From contig NIVC01001416.1 of NCBI GenBank assembly GCA_002269645.1, positions 62,001 through 126,000 on the forward strand: 64,000 nt of DNA. Direction: 5' to 3'. Below are positions 1 to 12,045 of the stretch, piece after piece. Within the stretch, counting starts at the first letter, position 1. Each line of letters opens with the position of its first letter. This DNA is from Macrostomum lignano. Lineage: Eukaryota. The translations under genes were made by a program, and so were the position numbers. The notes below the pieces were generated by a model. It was not told the origin of the DNA. It made no database searches and saw nothing but the letters and a program-made list of their open reading frames with translations.

Positions 1-290
1 TCATTTATTTCTACTACCCTAACCCTATCAAATCAATAGCTCCAATGGTCTTTCAATTCTCAATTGAGTGCTATTACTAGATATGGGAAATATATGTTCT
101 AGTAACCATATCCACTGTATCCATATGCTTTGCCAAAAAACCTCCATATCTGTAACTTCCCATAGCAGTATCTATAGCTACAGTGGAACTCTAATAATTA
201 ATATATATATAAAAAAGTATGTTTATAGAGAAAAAAGACTTTACATAATATATATATGTAATTATGTATATGTAATTATATGTAATTATG

Positions 291-295
<5 letters not shown>

Positions 296-329
<34 letters not shown>
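296..329. repeat. (TA)n microsatellite
   Basis: About 17 TA units read directly. Confidence 0.95.
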
Positions 330-331
<2 letters not shown>

Positions 332-1171
332 GGCTTTCATTAGGATAATAATAAACTATGCCATATTTTCTTTGAAAACACAAGTAAGAAAGTATACTTT
401 AAATTTTAACAAAATTATTATTCTTTTTTTCAACATATTAGCTTTGTTCTCATTAGTTAGAAAGCAACCTTTTAACAGGTTAAATTATGTTTAGTTACAA
501 GATAATAGAAATAAAAAATAATAATAATATAAATAATGACTAAAATGTTTTTTATAGTCTTCTCTACACATTTTAGGCTTAAGGCTAACTTTTATATGTA
601 GTGTTACAAAGATTCAGGCTATTGTGCTTATGCTTATATTAATTAGACTTTTTTATCAGTATAGATAAAGGATAAAAAGCTTTAAAATGTTATATTAGGC
701 TAGGCATGCACATTGGTTAAATAAAGAAAATTTACTTTATTTATATACATATATATATATATATAAGTATATAATGGACAAAGTATGTTCCAAAAAGTTG
801 AAATTTAGATAAAAAAGTTTTATAACTTTTTATTATTTGACCAATTGTCAAAAGTAAGGTGTATTCTACTTAGGCACATGAAATTCATAAAATAGAATTA
901 AAAAATACAAAAAAACTTAAAATCTCATCAGATTTGTTACCTTTGTCTTATTCTTATTTGTTTTAATTATTGAGTCTTATAGCAACTATAAGTTGTATTT
1001 TTCCTGTTTTAGATGCTAAAATTTCTGGTGTCATTCATGCTATTGTTTTTATTGCAACAAATAAACCATTAACTAAGATAGTTATGATTTTCCTGGACTT
1101 ATAACTAATTTGCATTGTGTTAGCAGTATACAACCATACAATTTGCTGCTAAAAGATAGTAAAATTTCACC

Positions 1172-1529
1172 ATGAGTGCTGACAGTCATGTGCACTTTGA
1201 CCCGAGCCAACTTCCTCATCACAATCTGGAGATTATAGTTGAGCAAAACAGCATCGACGACGCCATGGATGTTCACCTTGGCTTCCTGCAGGTTGATCAC
1301 ATTTATAGCATTGAAGTGCCAATCAGCCACAGCCTTGGCCAAAATGTGCAGTGTAGTCAGAATTTATTTGTCCGACTGTTGAATGTGCAAGCCTCATCTG
1401 AGCCTGACTTGGACACATTCACCTTTGAGTTGTTTGCTCATAAAGAGAGACTTATGCAAGAGGTGGCTGTGCTTGAAAATCCTGACACTGGCAAGAGTAT
1501 GGCGGTGAAATTTCACGCCAGAGTGCTTG
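1172..1529 (+). CDS. ADISSP: ADISSP/C20orf27 (UPF0687) ortholog, coding exon 1
   Basis: Motifs SHVHFD, LGFLQVDHIYSI, AHKE and HARVL match the family from memory. Phase-1 donor G|GTGAGT at 1530. Confidence 0.85.
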
Positions 1530-2695
1530 GTGAGTATCGCTTTTACTGTAATATTGTGAGGAAGTAAAGAATGAGAACAATAGTTTAACCTATCACTCAT
1601 TAACAGTGTCTTACTTATTTATTACATAAGAAGAATGGCTGGGGCTGCATTCATCTTAACTTAAGCCCCCACCCATAAAAATAAAGGCTCCAATGGTCTT
1701 TCAAGTCTTTTAAGTCTCAGATATGGGGAACTAGATATGTTACATAATCTGTATGTTATCTGTCTTAAAAATCTGCTGTGTCCATAACTTCCTATATAGT
1801 TGTATCTGTATTATTTAGCACCTTAACTCTAGTAGGTAGGTAGCTAGGCGTAGTAGAAGTGGTCGATACAAAGAACTGTCTATGGCTAAAACTCTATTAA
1901 CTGTCTGGAACTTTCTGAAGTTTATTTATAGAAAAATAGTCTATGGTAGTTGGTGGGGGCTCCGCCCATTTATGAAGGAGTAGCAAGGACCCAAGTGTCT
2001 ATGGTCAGCGTTCTGAAATTTACCCCCGTACTAAAGCTATTGGCTGATGAAATTCATAGTGACAAATTACGAGTTTGACTGGGTGCTGAGTGTACATTAA
2101 AAGAACGCGGGTGAAGATTGAAACCATGAAATTTTGAACTCTTGGATTTCACTTTCTGACAAAATCACGGCATCTAGGAATTCCCTAAGACCATACGATT
2201 ACGGCTTAGCCTTGACAGAGACCAGATGATGTAAAATAACATTTTGAAGATTGAAGATTGCAGACGGGGAGCTCAGCGGCAACGAGGCGCTCCATGCTGA
2301 CTGAATTAATAATAGCGACTGATACCTGTCACATTTCTCACTCTCTAAGTGTAGCTTAGACAGCAATGTTATGGTAAGAGTGCCTACACATGAGTCAAGG
2401 AGTCAGTCATCAGGCAATCAAGGTTGCAGCAAACGTAGTACAGGCCTTGGTGACAATGCCCTGATAGTCTATAGGCAGTACGACACTTTCGATGTGGAAG
2501 AAGTGAAAAACCAACCCAAGGTAGCAGGTCACGCAGACAGACTCCTGTTTGGCTCCTCGTCAGGCCAAAAAAATGTGTTTTAAACTTGCGTGACGTCACG
2601 ATGAACCAAAGCAAAAAATACTTGTTGAAAATTTCCTTTTTCGAATGCTAATTGCAAGGTATGACATCTAATCCTCTTACAAAAAACTAAATCAG

Positions 2696-2796
2696 GCAAG
2701 CACAAAGGCACTCCGGCATTGAAGAATGGTATTCGATCGATCGGGATTCGATCTGAGGACGAGAGCGAGTGCAGCGACTGGCAGGGTTTCGAATAG
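2696..2796 (+). CDS. ADISSP: ADISSP/C20orf27 ortholog, coding exon 2 (152 aa total)
   Basis: CAG| acceptor at 2693-2695, phase compatible. Encodes GKHKGTPALKNGIRSIG...SECSDWQGFE*, matching the family C-terminus (GTPML..G...SDWHGF). Confidence 0.85.
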
Positions 2797-3333
2797 CTAC
2801 ATCGTTGAGTAGTTTTTTGTTAGAACTGGTAAAATTATACTTTCTCTCAAGTTTCTAACCCGCTTCTGTTTCTATAGTTTTTTTTAATAATTTTATCCAA
2901 ATATTCGAATGCTCGAGTTAGTGACTACTGTAGAGCTGGTGCCAAAGTAGTATTTGATCAGGAACAGAAAGTCCGATTATTTCGTCATTAAAATCCTGTT
3001 CATTATTGCTTATAAAAATTATTCAAAAGCATTTTTAACCCTTCATTTTCTCCATTTTCATATATTATGATATTGGCAAGTTTTTGAATTGCCTTTAGTC
3101 TGTTTTTGTGTGCTTTACTACTAAAGAAAATATATAATAGGTTGTGTTTTTGTAGTTCATTGAATAATTTTTGCATTGTGCATGCTCTGACTCATTGATA
3201 TTTGATTGCTTATCTCAGTTATTTCAGTTTTTTCAACTGCAAAGCAATTTAAACATACGGCAAGGCAAGGGGCCATATTATGCTTTTGACTGTAACTTGA
3301 CCATCGCGTTTGTCAAAGGTTGGGCTTACCGAA

Positions 3334-4385
3334 GCTGCTGGGCCAGCCTCCCAGATCCTCAGTAGCTGGGCCAGCCTCTTAAAGTGTCAGTTGCTGGACC
3401 AGCCTCCCAGATCCTCAGTTGCTGTGCCAGCCTCCCAGATCCTCAGTAGCTGGGCCAGCTTCTTAAAGTGTCAGTTGCTGGACCAGCCTCCCAGATCCTC
3501 AGTAGCTGGGCCAGCCTCTTAAAGTGTCAGTTGCTGGACCAGCCTCCCAGATCCTCAGTAGCTGGGCCAGCCTCTTAAAGTGTCAGTTGCTGGACCAGCC
3601 TCCCAGATCCTCAGTTGCTGTGCCAGCCTCTTAAAGTGTCAGTTGCTGGACCAGCCTCCCAGATCCTCAGTAGCTGGGCCAGCCTCTTAAAGTGTCAGTT
3701 GCTGGACCAGCCTCCCAGATCCTCAGTTGCTGTGCCAGCCTCCCAGATCCTCAGTTGCTGTGCCAGCCTCCCAGAGTGTCAGTTGCTGTGCCGGCCTCCC
3801 AGATCCTCAGTTGCTGTGCCAGCCTCCCAGATCCTCAGTAGCTGGGCCAGCTTCTTAAAGTGTCAGTTGTTGGACCAGCCTCCCAGATCCTCAGTTGCTG
3901 TGCCAGCCTCCCAGAGTGTCAGTTGCTGTGCCGGCCTCCCAGATCCTCGGTTGCTGTGCCAGCCTCCCAGATCCTCAGTAGCTGGGCCAGCCTCCCAGAT
4001 CCTCAGTTGCTGTGCCGGCCTCCCAGATCCTCAGTTGCTGTGCCAGCCTCCCAGATCCTCAGTAGCTGGGCCAGCCTCTTAAAGTGTCAGTTGCTGGACC
4101 AGCCTCCCAGATCCTCAGTTGCTGTGCCAGCCTCCCAGAGTGTCAGTTTGTGTTGCCTGCCTCCCAGATCCTCGGTTGCTGTGCCAGCCTCCCAGATCCT
4201 CAGTAGCTGGGCCAGCCTCCCAGATCCTCAGTAGCTGGGCCAGCCTCTTAAAGTGTCAGTTCCTGGGCCAGCCTCCCAGAGCGTCAGTTGCTGGGCGAGC
4301 CACCCAGAGTGTCAGTTGCTGTGCCGGCCTCCCAGATCCTCGGTTGCTGTGCCAGCCTCCCAGATCCTCAGTAGCTGTTGGGCCA
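3334..4385. repeat. 28-bp minisatellite with two alternating unit variants (~37 copies)
   Basis: Units ccagcctcccagatcctcagt(a/t)gctg(g/t)g and ccagcctcttaaagtgtcagttgctgga. Confidence 0.95.
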
Positions 4386-5149
4386 TCCTCTTGGATGATT
4401 TCATAAAGTTTTCAGCGATTTTTGTTTAGTTACATATTTTATATATTAAAGCCCTTTTTCATCTATGAATCAGCGTGTTTCCAGTTGTTAGTCTTAATCT
4501 ACTTCGCAGTCCTAAGTTAATTTGTGAGTCATCACATTTTTGCGTAGAAACTAAAGTTTTGTTTTGTCAAAAAGTGAATGGAAGTACTTATTTTATTAAA
4601 TAATCTAATTTATTTGTGCCTATATAATCGAGCGTAATATACCAGGTACCTAGCACTGTTTTTAATAGAAATGCTTCTCTATTTAAGCTTGAAGCGAATT
4701 AAAGTGGTAAAAGATTTTATGAATACTTTTACCGAATTATTTTTTTATCTTAGTGAGAAAATTCAAGTGAGAATCAAATAATAAATGTTAGGTCTCTTAG
4801 AAAATAAATTCTAAAATTGTTTTGTATTTAATACTTATAAAATTAGTTCAACGAAAATAGTAGATACGAGCTACATTACTTAGGCACTTACAATTCAAGA
4901 TTTTATCATTTTGGCACTGTAAAACAAAATAATATAGAATATAACATGTCATCTAATTGTCGTATGGTTATTAGAAAGCTACAATCGATGCTACATGTGT
5001 GATACACGTGCTATATAATGCTTGTATTTTAACAATAATTTAAATAGAACTAAATTTTAGTAATGTTGGTCCACCTTTTAAACGAAAACCATCGCAACAA
5101 TCTTGGATAAAATGATCGTCTTGAATGTCGCTCTTCGGGTCACTAAGTA

Positions 5150-5288
5150 TTACTGTTGAGCACCATTGGAGCTTGAGCACTGCTGCAGCTCCTTGGAGTA
5201 CTTGGCCAGCAGTTCGTCAGCGTATCGTCTGGCGCTGGCGCCCAGCTCTCTGGCTGTCACATAGTCATCCAGAGCTCCTGTTAGGCTT
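5150..5288 (-). CDS. Coiled-coil gene, terminal exon 3
   Basis: TTGCAG| acceptor, phase 2. Encodes SLTGALDDYVTARELGASARRYADELLAKYSKELQQ...*. Not in the ORF track; joins the donor at 6514 in frame. Confidence 0.75.
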
Positions 5289-5951
5289 CTGCAATTGTTT
5301 AGTTAGATATCATATTAATTTCCGAAATTCTAAAGTGCTAGAAAGTCACGGTATGTAACTATGCGTGTGCTTGTTTTTAACTTTTGCTGTTATAACCAAG
5401 CATCGTGGGTGAACTTACATGTATTCCCTCTTACCCATCTTTTTAAGATTCGAATTTTAAGGGGCTGTGTGCACCCTGGCGCACTTTAAGCGACATTGTC
5501 ACACAACCGGCGAGAGGCATCATTGCCCATTACACCGACTCCCGGCCTGAGCGGACACACAAGCGCGCGGATACGTACGCAGTCATACGCACAGACACAC
5601 ACAGGAGTGTACGGCGGCCCTTACTTTATTTATAGTTAAGCATGTACACTTCACTATGCCTTGGGGGTTGGGCCTCAAGGGCGCTAACTGCACGAGCAAA
5701 GCCAAGCCGAGATTTTAATTTAGTCTGGGCCGCTTGCACATCAGAGCGACGCGCTATACCACTAGACATATACTCAGCAACATTGAAAAGTCGCCACCCT
5801 TTGCCCCAGTGAGCAGTGTCTTTCGACCAGCGTCTATCACCTGGCCAATCATTTTGATGCGAAAAAAATGCTTGAAAAGCAATAAACACGCGGAAGCTTC
5901 AATCCATTCAATCTTCGCTTTCCACTCTTCACAATCCCCGGATTCCCCGCA

Positions 5952-6276
5952 CAACCAATCAGACGTTGGTGCGGACGTCCTCCTTTAAACGTCTGTGTGG
6001 TATTGAAGTTTAACATAGGGCAAAACGTCTGATGGACGTCTATTAATTGAACTCCACTTTGGACTTTTGAACGTCGGACTCTTAAGTCTGTTTTTTTAAG
6101 ATACACATGTACGCTTAGTTGAACGAAAGTAGTTGCCAGGCAAACGTCAGTTTGGAATAAGTCCGTGAAAAATACTTAGGTCTGCATTAGACGTCCATCA
6201 GACTTTTTACCCTATGTTAAACTTGAATTACTACACGGACATTTAATGGACGCCGGCACCAACGTTCGATTGGTTG
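5952..6276. mobile_element. MITE/foldback element in intron 2 of the coiled-coil gene
   Basis: Imperfect ~90-bp inverted arms (caaccaatcagacgttggtgc... / ...gcaccaacgttcgattggttg). No TSD seen. Confidence 0.75.
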
Positions 6277-6514
6277 AGAGATCCCTCCTCACCCAGCCCA
6301 ACTCTGCGTCGCGTGGCGCAAGTTGCGGCACTCAAAAGTCTATACTGAGCTAGAATTTACTGCGCACTTTTAAAGGTGGCGACTTTTTAATGCTGTTGAG
6401 TATACATGTATATTCTCTGCCTAGGAGGTTGTCTCGAGAATCCGAACTCAGGTACGAGAGTTCGACAAGTTACCGCTGCTACTCAGTCTCACGATAATCG
6501 CAATCAGCTCGTAC

Positions 6515-7269
6515 CTCTCTAGAGCCCGTTGCTTAGGAACCGAATCTTCCCCAGACCGGCTGCGGAAGCTGTTCAAAGCCTCGTAGCCCTGCCAGATACT
6601 CGACGCGGTGGCGGCTGAGCTGCGGAATCGATCGTAGTTGTAATTGCTGGCTGGCTCGTTGGCACTGACAGCTCCGTAGACTGACTGTGGCTGCATTGGC
6701 GTCTGATGGGTTCTTCGAATTCTGGCTAGGAATGATGGCTGATGCTGAGTCGGCTGCTGCTGCTGCTGCGGTGGTTGCGGCTTTGGAAGCGGAAACTGCA
6801 GGGCTCGTTGCAGTCGACTCATCGGCGCTCCGGTTCCGGCTTGCTGTTGATAAGCTCCCGTCTGTAGGTCCGATGAAAATGCCTGCGGCAGCTGCGCTTT
6901 CTGCTGCTGACTGTTCAGCTCTGCCTTCAGCCGCTGATTGACGGCTTCTCGTCGGAGTCGCGCCGTTTCGGCTGAGGCTGAGCCGACAAAATATCCGCCG
7001 CCTATGCTATAATCATCATTGAAGTAGACGCCAGACTGCGGCTGCTGCTGCCTATCCAGACGAGCTGATGTCGCTTGCAGCTGTTGGGCCAACCGGCGGT
7101 TCTCCTGCTGCACCGACTGCAGCAGCTGCTCCAGCTCGCCGAGCCGACTCTCCAAGCCGGCGATGTCGCGAGAATCCGATTCGACACGGGAGCGCAACTC
7201 AAGATTTTCTTGGCGAGTCGCTTGCAGCACTGCTCGGTCCTCCTCCATGATCTGCATGAGTTCGCTAGC
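6515..7269 (-). CDS. Coiled-coil gene, exon 2
   Basis: ACACAG| acceptor in frame with ORF 6448..7257. Heptad-rich segment (LESRLGELEQLLQSVQQENRRLAQQL). Donor AG|GTACGA at 6514. Confidence 0.8.
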
Positions 7270-7376
7270 CTGTGTTGGGGTTAATATATATCGTGTATTT
7301 CAGAGGCTTTTGCATGCGAAATCTTGAATAGAAGCATTTTGAAAGTTGCTATGTAGGTGGGTAGATAAATACTTAC

Positions 7377-7841
7377 CTGGCTTTCGCCCTTCTCGAGTGC
7401 CGCAACCAGGTAAGCCTTCGTCTGGACATTCTGCCTCTGCAACCTGTCCAGACTATTGTGCAATCGGTCAACGTCCACTTGTCGGCGATGCAGCTCCTGT
7501 CGTAGCTCGGCGTCGGCTTCTCGACCAGCTCGTTCGCTTTCTAGCTTTGCTCGAACCTCATGAGCAACTCCAAGCGGCTGCTGCTGCTGCTGCTGTTGCT
7601 GCGACTGAAGCCGTGGCGATGCCGTCGAGGTTGGAGGTCGGAAGTGCGGCAGTTGGTTGCCGAAACTGGGCGCGAAGGCGGTCATCCGGGATGTGCCGCC
7701 GCCTCTGGGGCTGGAGGCAGCCATGGCGGCGCCGGCGGCAACCGCGGTTGCCATGGCTTCGCGCTCCTCCTCGTCGTAGACCGTGTAGTCTTCGTTGGCA
7801 GCTGGCGTAGGCTGAAATCGTGTTGGAATGGTGTTGGACAT
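7377..7841 (-). CDS. Coiled-coil gene of unknown family, exon 1 (452 aa total)
   Basis: ATG at 7841; donor CAG|GTAAGT, phase 0; 107-bp intron to exon 2. Confidence 0.8.
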
Positions 7842-8095
7842 TGGTTAATTTTCCGTGATAGTGATATCCATTGTAAATTACGAGTAGGAACCCTGCGTTG
7901 CTTTGAATCGCAAGACTTAACGATATCAAGATATTAAACAAAAACTTTTAAGGTGTCATGTTTTTACGAGCTATTTTATTATTGCCGAAAGTCTGGCTTC
8001 TAAAACGCGTCGATCGACATCGACATTTGTGGACCTCCTGCTTGTCAACTACTGTTAAGGGACTTAAGGGACTTAGACTTAACTTTAAATACGCT

Positions 8096-9751
8096 TCATA
8101 CCTGGCTGTTGGCCAAATTCGCCCGCATCTTGGCAATCAGATCTCTTGACGAACTGGAATAGGTGGGCAGCGGTCCCAACGCCTGACCTCCCGTAAGTCG
8201 AGGCGATCTTGGCGATGCGGCCGGCTGATACCTCGCGGAGCTCAGCCTCCATGCTTCATCAGAATCCGTATCTGCTGCCCTATCCTCGCTCTCCTCTTCA
8301 ATTGTGGCCACCTCTTCAATAGGTCGTCTTTGTAGCTCTCTTCTAGCAGGTGACTCGACGACTTGAATCGGTGGTTTCTGACTAACTTTGACAGCTGGAG
8401 GCTTCGGTGACGAGTCGTTTGAACTGGTTTTTGTCCCCACTGACTGTTTGGTAGACTCTATTTGCTTTTCTGAAGTGCTCTTTGTCATTTTTGAAGTCTT
8501 TGTCACTGATTCTTTGTCTTCTGACGTGACAGTCTGGGAAACTTTCGGTCCTTCATCGGCCTTGGGCTTCTCTTTTTTGATCAGCTGGCTCGGTTCTGGC
8601 AATGAAGATTTAGTTGAGGCCTCAGTTACCTCTTTCAAAGAGGTGTCGAAGTTGACATTTTCAGTTTTCTTGGGAGTCTCTGCTTCTGCTGACACCCGTT
8701 CAGCCGTTGACCCTTTCGTCTTCTTTGGAAGCTCCGTCGGGTCCTGTCCGTCAGTCAACTGTTGGTCCTTCTCTACTGGACTGGGTTCCATTGAAATGTC
8801 TGAGGTCTTTGTCTCTACTATTGGAGCCTTCTCGGCTGACGATCCTTTGCGCTTCTTCAGCAGCTCAGTCGGATCGGGCAACCCAGATCGTGACGTTTTA
8901 GAAGACTCTGTGTCGACTTGATTCTTTATTGTTATCTCAGAATCGCCTTTTGCGGCTAGATCTACTGGCTTTTCTGCTTTGTTAGTTGCTTCTGCAGAGG
9001 ACTGTAAACTCTGTTGCTGAGTTACTTTCTCATCAGGTGGCTTCGAAGGTTCCCTTTTTGACTGCAAACGCTTTTTGAGCATCGCTTCCGGATCAAGCAA
9101 GTCGAATGATGACGGCTTTTGCTGAGTCTGTGATTCTCTGGTGCTGCTCAGTTCTACTTGACCCTTCTTTGGCTGTCCCGAGGGCGGGTTTGGAAAGTCT
9201 CTCTTGCTTCCTTTCTCCGCCGGAAGTGGCGGATCTGGGAAGTCGCTCTTGCTTCCTTTCGCCGCCGGAAGTGGCGGATCTGGGAAGTCGCTCTTGCTTC
9301 CTTTCGCCGCCGGAAGTGGCGGATCTGGGAAGTCGCTCTTGCCTCCTTTCGCCGCCGGAAGTGGCGGATCTGGGAAGTCGCTCTTGCCTCCTTTCGCCGC
9401 CGGAAGTGGCGGATCTGGGAAGTCGCTCTTGCCTCCTTTCTCCGCCGGAAGTGGCGGATCTGGGAAGTCGCTCTTGCCTCCTTTCGCCGCTGGAAGTGGA
9501 GGATCTGGGAAATCCCTCTTCCCACCTACTGCAGGAAGTGGTGGATCTGGGAAGTCCTTCTTTCCACTTTTTGATTGTTGCAGCTTCTCTGGATCCGGGA
9601 AGTCCTGCTTGGCTTTTGATAGCAGATCGTCAATGTCTAGTTGCGCTGGCGGCTTCTGCTGTTCCTGTTGTTGCTGTTGCTGCTGCTGTTGTTGTTGTTG
9701 TTTCTGCTTCTTTCGCAAAAGGAACAGCTCCGGATCAAGCATATCAGTCAT
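8096..9751 (-). CDS. Intronless 551-aa low-complexity protein with polyQ and 15-aa DFPDPPLPAAKGGKS repeats
   Basis: Long ORF that stays open well beyond the repeat. In-frame 45-bp repeat. AATAAA at 7975-7980 (- strand). Confidence 0.8.
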   Translation of the reverse strand: MTDMLDPELFLLRKKQKQQQQQQQQQQQQEQQKPPAQLDIDDLLSKAKQDFPDPEKLQQSKSGKKDFPDPPLPAVGGKRDFPDPPLPAAKGGKSDFPDPPLPAEKGGKSDFPDPPLPAAKGGKSDFPDPPLPAAKGGKSDFPDPPLPAAKGSKSDFPDPPLPAAKGSKSDFPDPPLPAEKGSKRDFPNPPSGQPKKGQVELSSTRESQTQQKPSSFDLLDPEAMLKKRLQSKREPSKPPDEKVTQQQSLQSSAEATNKAEKPVDLAAKGDSEITIKNQVDTESSKTSRSGLPDPTELLKKRKGSSAEKAPIVETKTSDISMEPSPVEKDQQLTDGQDPTELPKKTKGSTAERVSAEAETPKKTENVNFDTSLKEVTEASTKSSLPEPSQLIKKEKPKADEGPKVSQTVTSEDKESVTKTSKMTKSTSEKQIESTKQSVGTKTSSNDSSPKPPAVKVSQKPPIQVVESPARRELQRRPIEEVATIEEESEDRAADTDSDEAWRLSSARYQPAASPRSPRLTGGQALGPLPTYSSSSRDLIAKMRANLANSQV

Positions 9752-11106
9752 TATTGGATATTATTTGAGCTCCTCGCTGAAGACCAAATAATTGCTGTCT
9801 TACAAAATTAGAAGGTGTGTATATAAACACAGTTAGGCAACGAAGCGAGGCTTCACTTGAGCACGGCGAGGGTTCTGCCGTCTGCAGTGCCACCTGACAG
9901 CTTCTTTTTTTATGCAGAGCTTAGAAATGCGCGCATAAAGACCGTTGTAGTTGGCCTGCGGGACGAGACTTATAGAGGCGGGTATATGCAGCACAACTCT
10001 CTGTCCCACCTTTTCTCTGCTTTTTCTCTGGCAGGTCTGCTTTTCGATAGGCTTAAGCAGCGAGCGCATTTCGTCAACTCCATTGTGCCCAGGTTGGCAT
10101 GAGAAGGCACCGAAGCGAAGGCTTTGTTGACGATGCTTGTGTTTGCCCTTTATACCGTTTTTCCAGCTCCCGAGCTGCAGATGCAAAATGAATAAACAGA
10201 AAGTTGAGAAGCCCCATGAGTGAAGCTTTCCTCTCTGGGACAACAGCTGCTGGCACTAGGGCTCAAGGCGTCCTCGAACCAGAGTTTCTGGGTTCAATTT
10301 ACACTGATGAGAACCAAATTATCAAACCATCATTCTCGTCTCTAGCTTCTAGAAAAGCTTTTTTCAGCATATTTAAAAGCGAAAATTTGGGGTAGCTGGA
10401 AGATAGAAGGCCGTTTGACTTACAAATTGTTGTCAGATTGAACTTTTTCGTAACTATGGCTTATAAAACATCCCCATCTCTGCGAGTTCAGCAATTTTTC
10501 TACATTGTGCTCTGACTGTCCCTACTATGCCTACTTATCACCAGTAGTATCGGTGTCTCACAATAAACTAAACAATTTATTATCCAGCTAGTGCGTCACC
10601 TTCAATGCATATGCTTAGTTTAGTAGTAGTAATTTTCACGCACCTCGAGTAACTCATGGAAAATAACATGTTCAGTAGCCCACAAGTTGTCACGTGTGTA
10701 ATTATGCTCACCTGGGACCATTGCTCATTCATTTCCAAAAAACACACTCGTCGCCCTGGTCACGCGTGTTTCTGTTGCGCGTGTTAATTAAAAAGCGGCT
10801 TCTGAGCAACTCTCTCTGTCTCTCTCTCTTGTTATTTTTGTTCGCTTATCTTCAGGCCGGCATCGCCAATGTCCGGCAAAAATAATTAAAAGCTATAAGC
10901 TAAAATTGCGCTTGTTGGTTAAAGATTTTAAATAGTTTTTTTCTCTGAAGCCCCGTGCTACTGTTGATCAGCTGCTAATCAATGCTTGACCACCTGTAAG
11001 GTAAACTATTTAATCTCCTCACTTGACCCATAAAATCTAGTAACCTTTCGACTTAATTAGCTTGATTCCTTTATGTTGTGCCCGTTTTAAACCCGTAAAG
11101 GCAAAT

Positions 11107-11154
11107 ACTTCGCAAATAAACAAGCTAAGCATTCGGCAATTTGACGACACGACA
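11107..11154 (+). repeat. Truncated 5' LTR (last 48 bp only)
   Basis: Identical to 14806-14853 and followed by AA plus the PBS. Confidence 0.85.
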
Positions 11155-12045
11155 AATGGCGTCGCAAGCAGGTGAATTGCCACTGGACAACCCAGCTATG
11201 ACTGAGGCCTGGCTCCGTAGCTTTTCAGCACTCAGTCGGAGCAAAAAGCTGACAGACAAACCGGAGGACAGGCAAATCACCGACTATCCTTTCAAAGGCA
11301 GGAGTGGACGCTATTCGGAGAATCTGCGTAATGGCACGGCCGGGAGAGCTCGAGTCAATGGACTTCAAGGACATACGGACCCTCATTATGGAGAAGGTGG
11401 CCCCCAAGAAGCGGCTTGCAATCGCTGAGCGCTCCAACTTTATGTCAGCCAGCAATTCGCCCAGCGGCTCCGTGATGCCGCTCGCAACTGCAAATTCAGC
11501 AAGCTGAATGCCGTAGACTCGAATCAGACTGCTGAAGATGAACTCATCCAGACCCTCATGATCAGCGGCCTGCAGAACGTAGAGCAGCGCACCAAGACCT
11601 TGGAGTTCACCCAGAGCGCTACAGCACAAGTGAGACTGCAGAGCTGCGTGGAGTACATCCAGCAGCTCGAGCTGATCCAGCATTACAGCAGAACCAGTAA
11701 AGCTGCCGAAGCCATCCCAGCAGCGGAGCCAGCCGGCCCAGCCGCCATCGCCAGCATTGACAAAAATCGTCGGGCCGAGAAGTCCTGCAAGTTCTGCGGC
11801 CAGCGGCACCAGAGCGGCCGATGCCCTCCCTGATTGGTGCAAGACATGCGCGAAGTGAGGGCGCCGAAATCACTTCGCCGCCGTGTGCCGAGGTGGCGCC
11901 CAGAACTCAAGGTCAGCACATGAGCTGGAAGTGGAGGAGTTGCCTGACGCATCGGGGCCAGCAACCAGCGGAGGCTTCACGGTCAGCAGCGCACACAGCG
12001 TGAAAACCAGCAGCATCAAGAATTTGAGGCTGGACAGCAAGCTGC

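Noticed and set aside
14-27. Telomere-like taccctaaccct
   Set aside because: Only about two units.
3310-4406. ORFs of 70-155 aa
   Set aside because: Translations of the 28-bp minisatellite.
6687-9791. Plus-strand and alternative-frame ORFs over the minus-strand genes
   Set aside because: Shadow frames of GC-rich or repetitive coding sequence.
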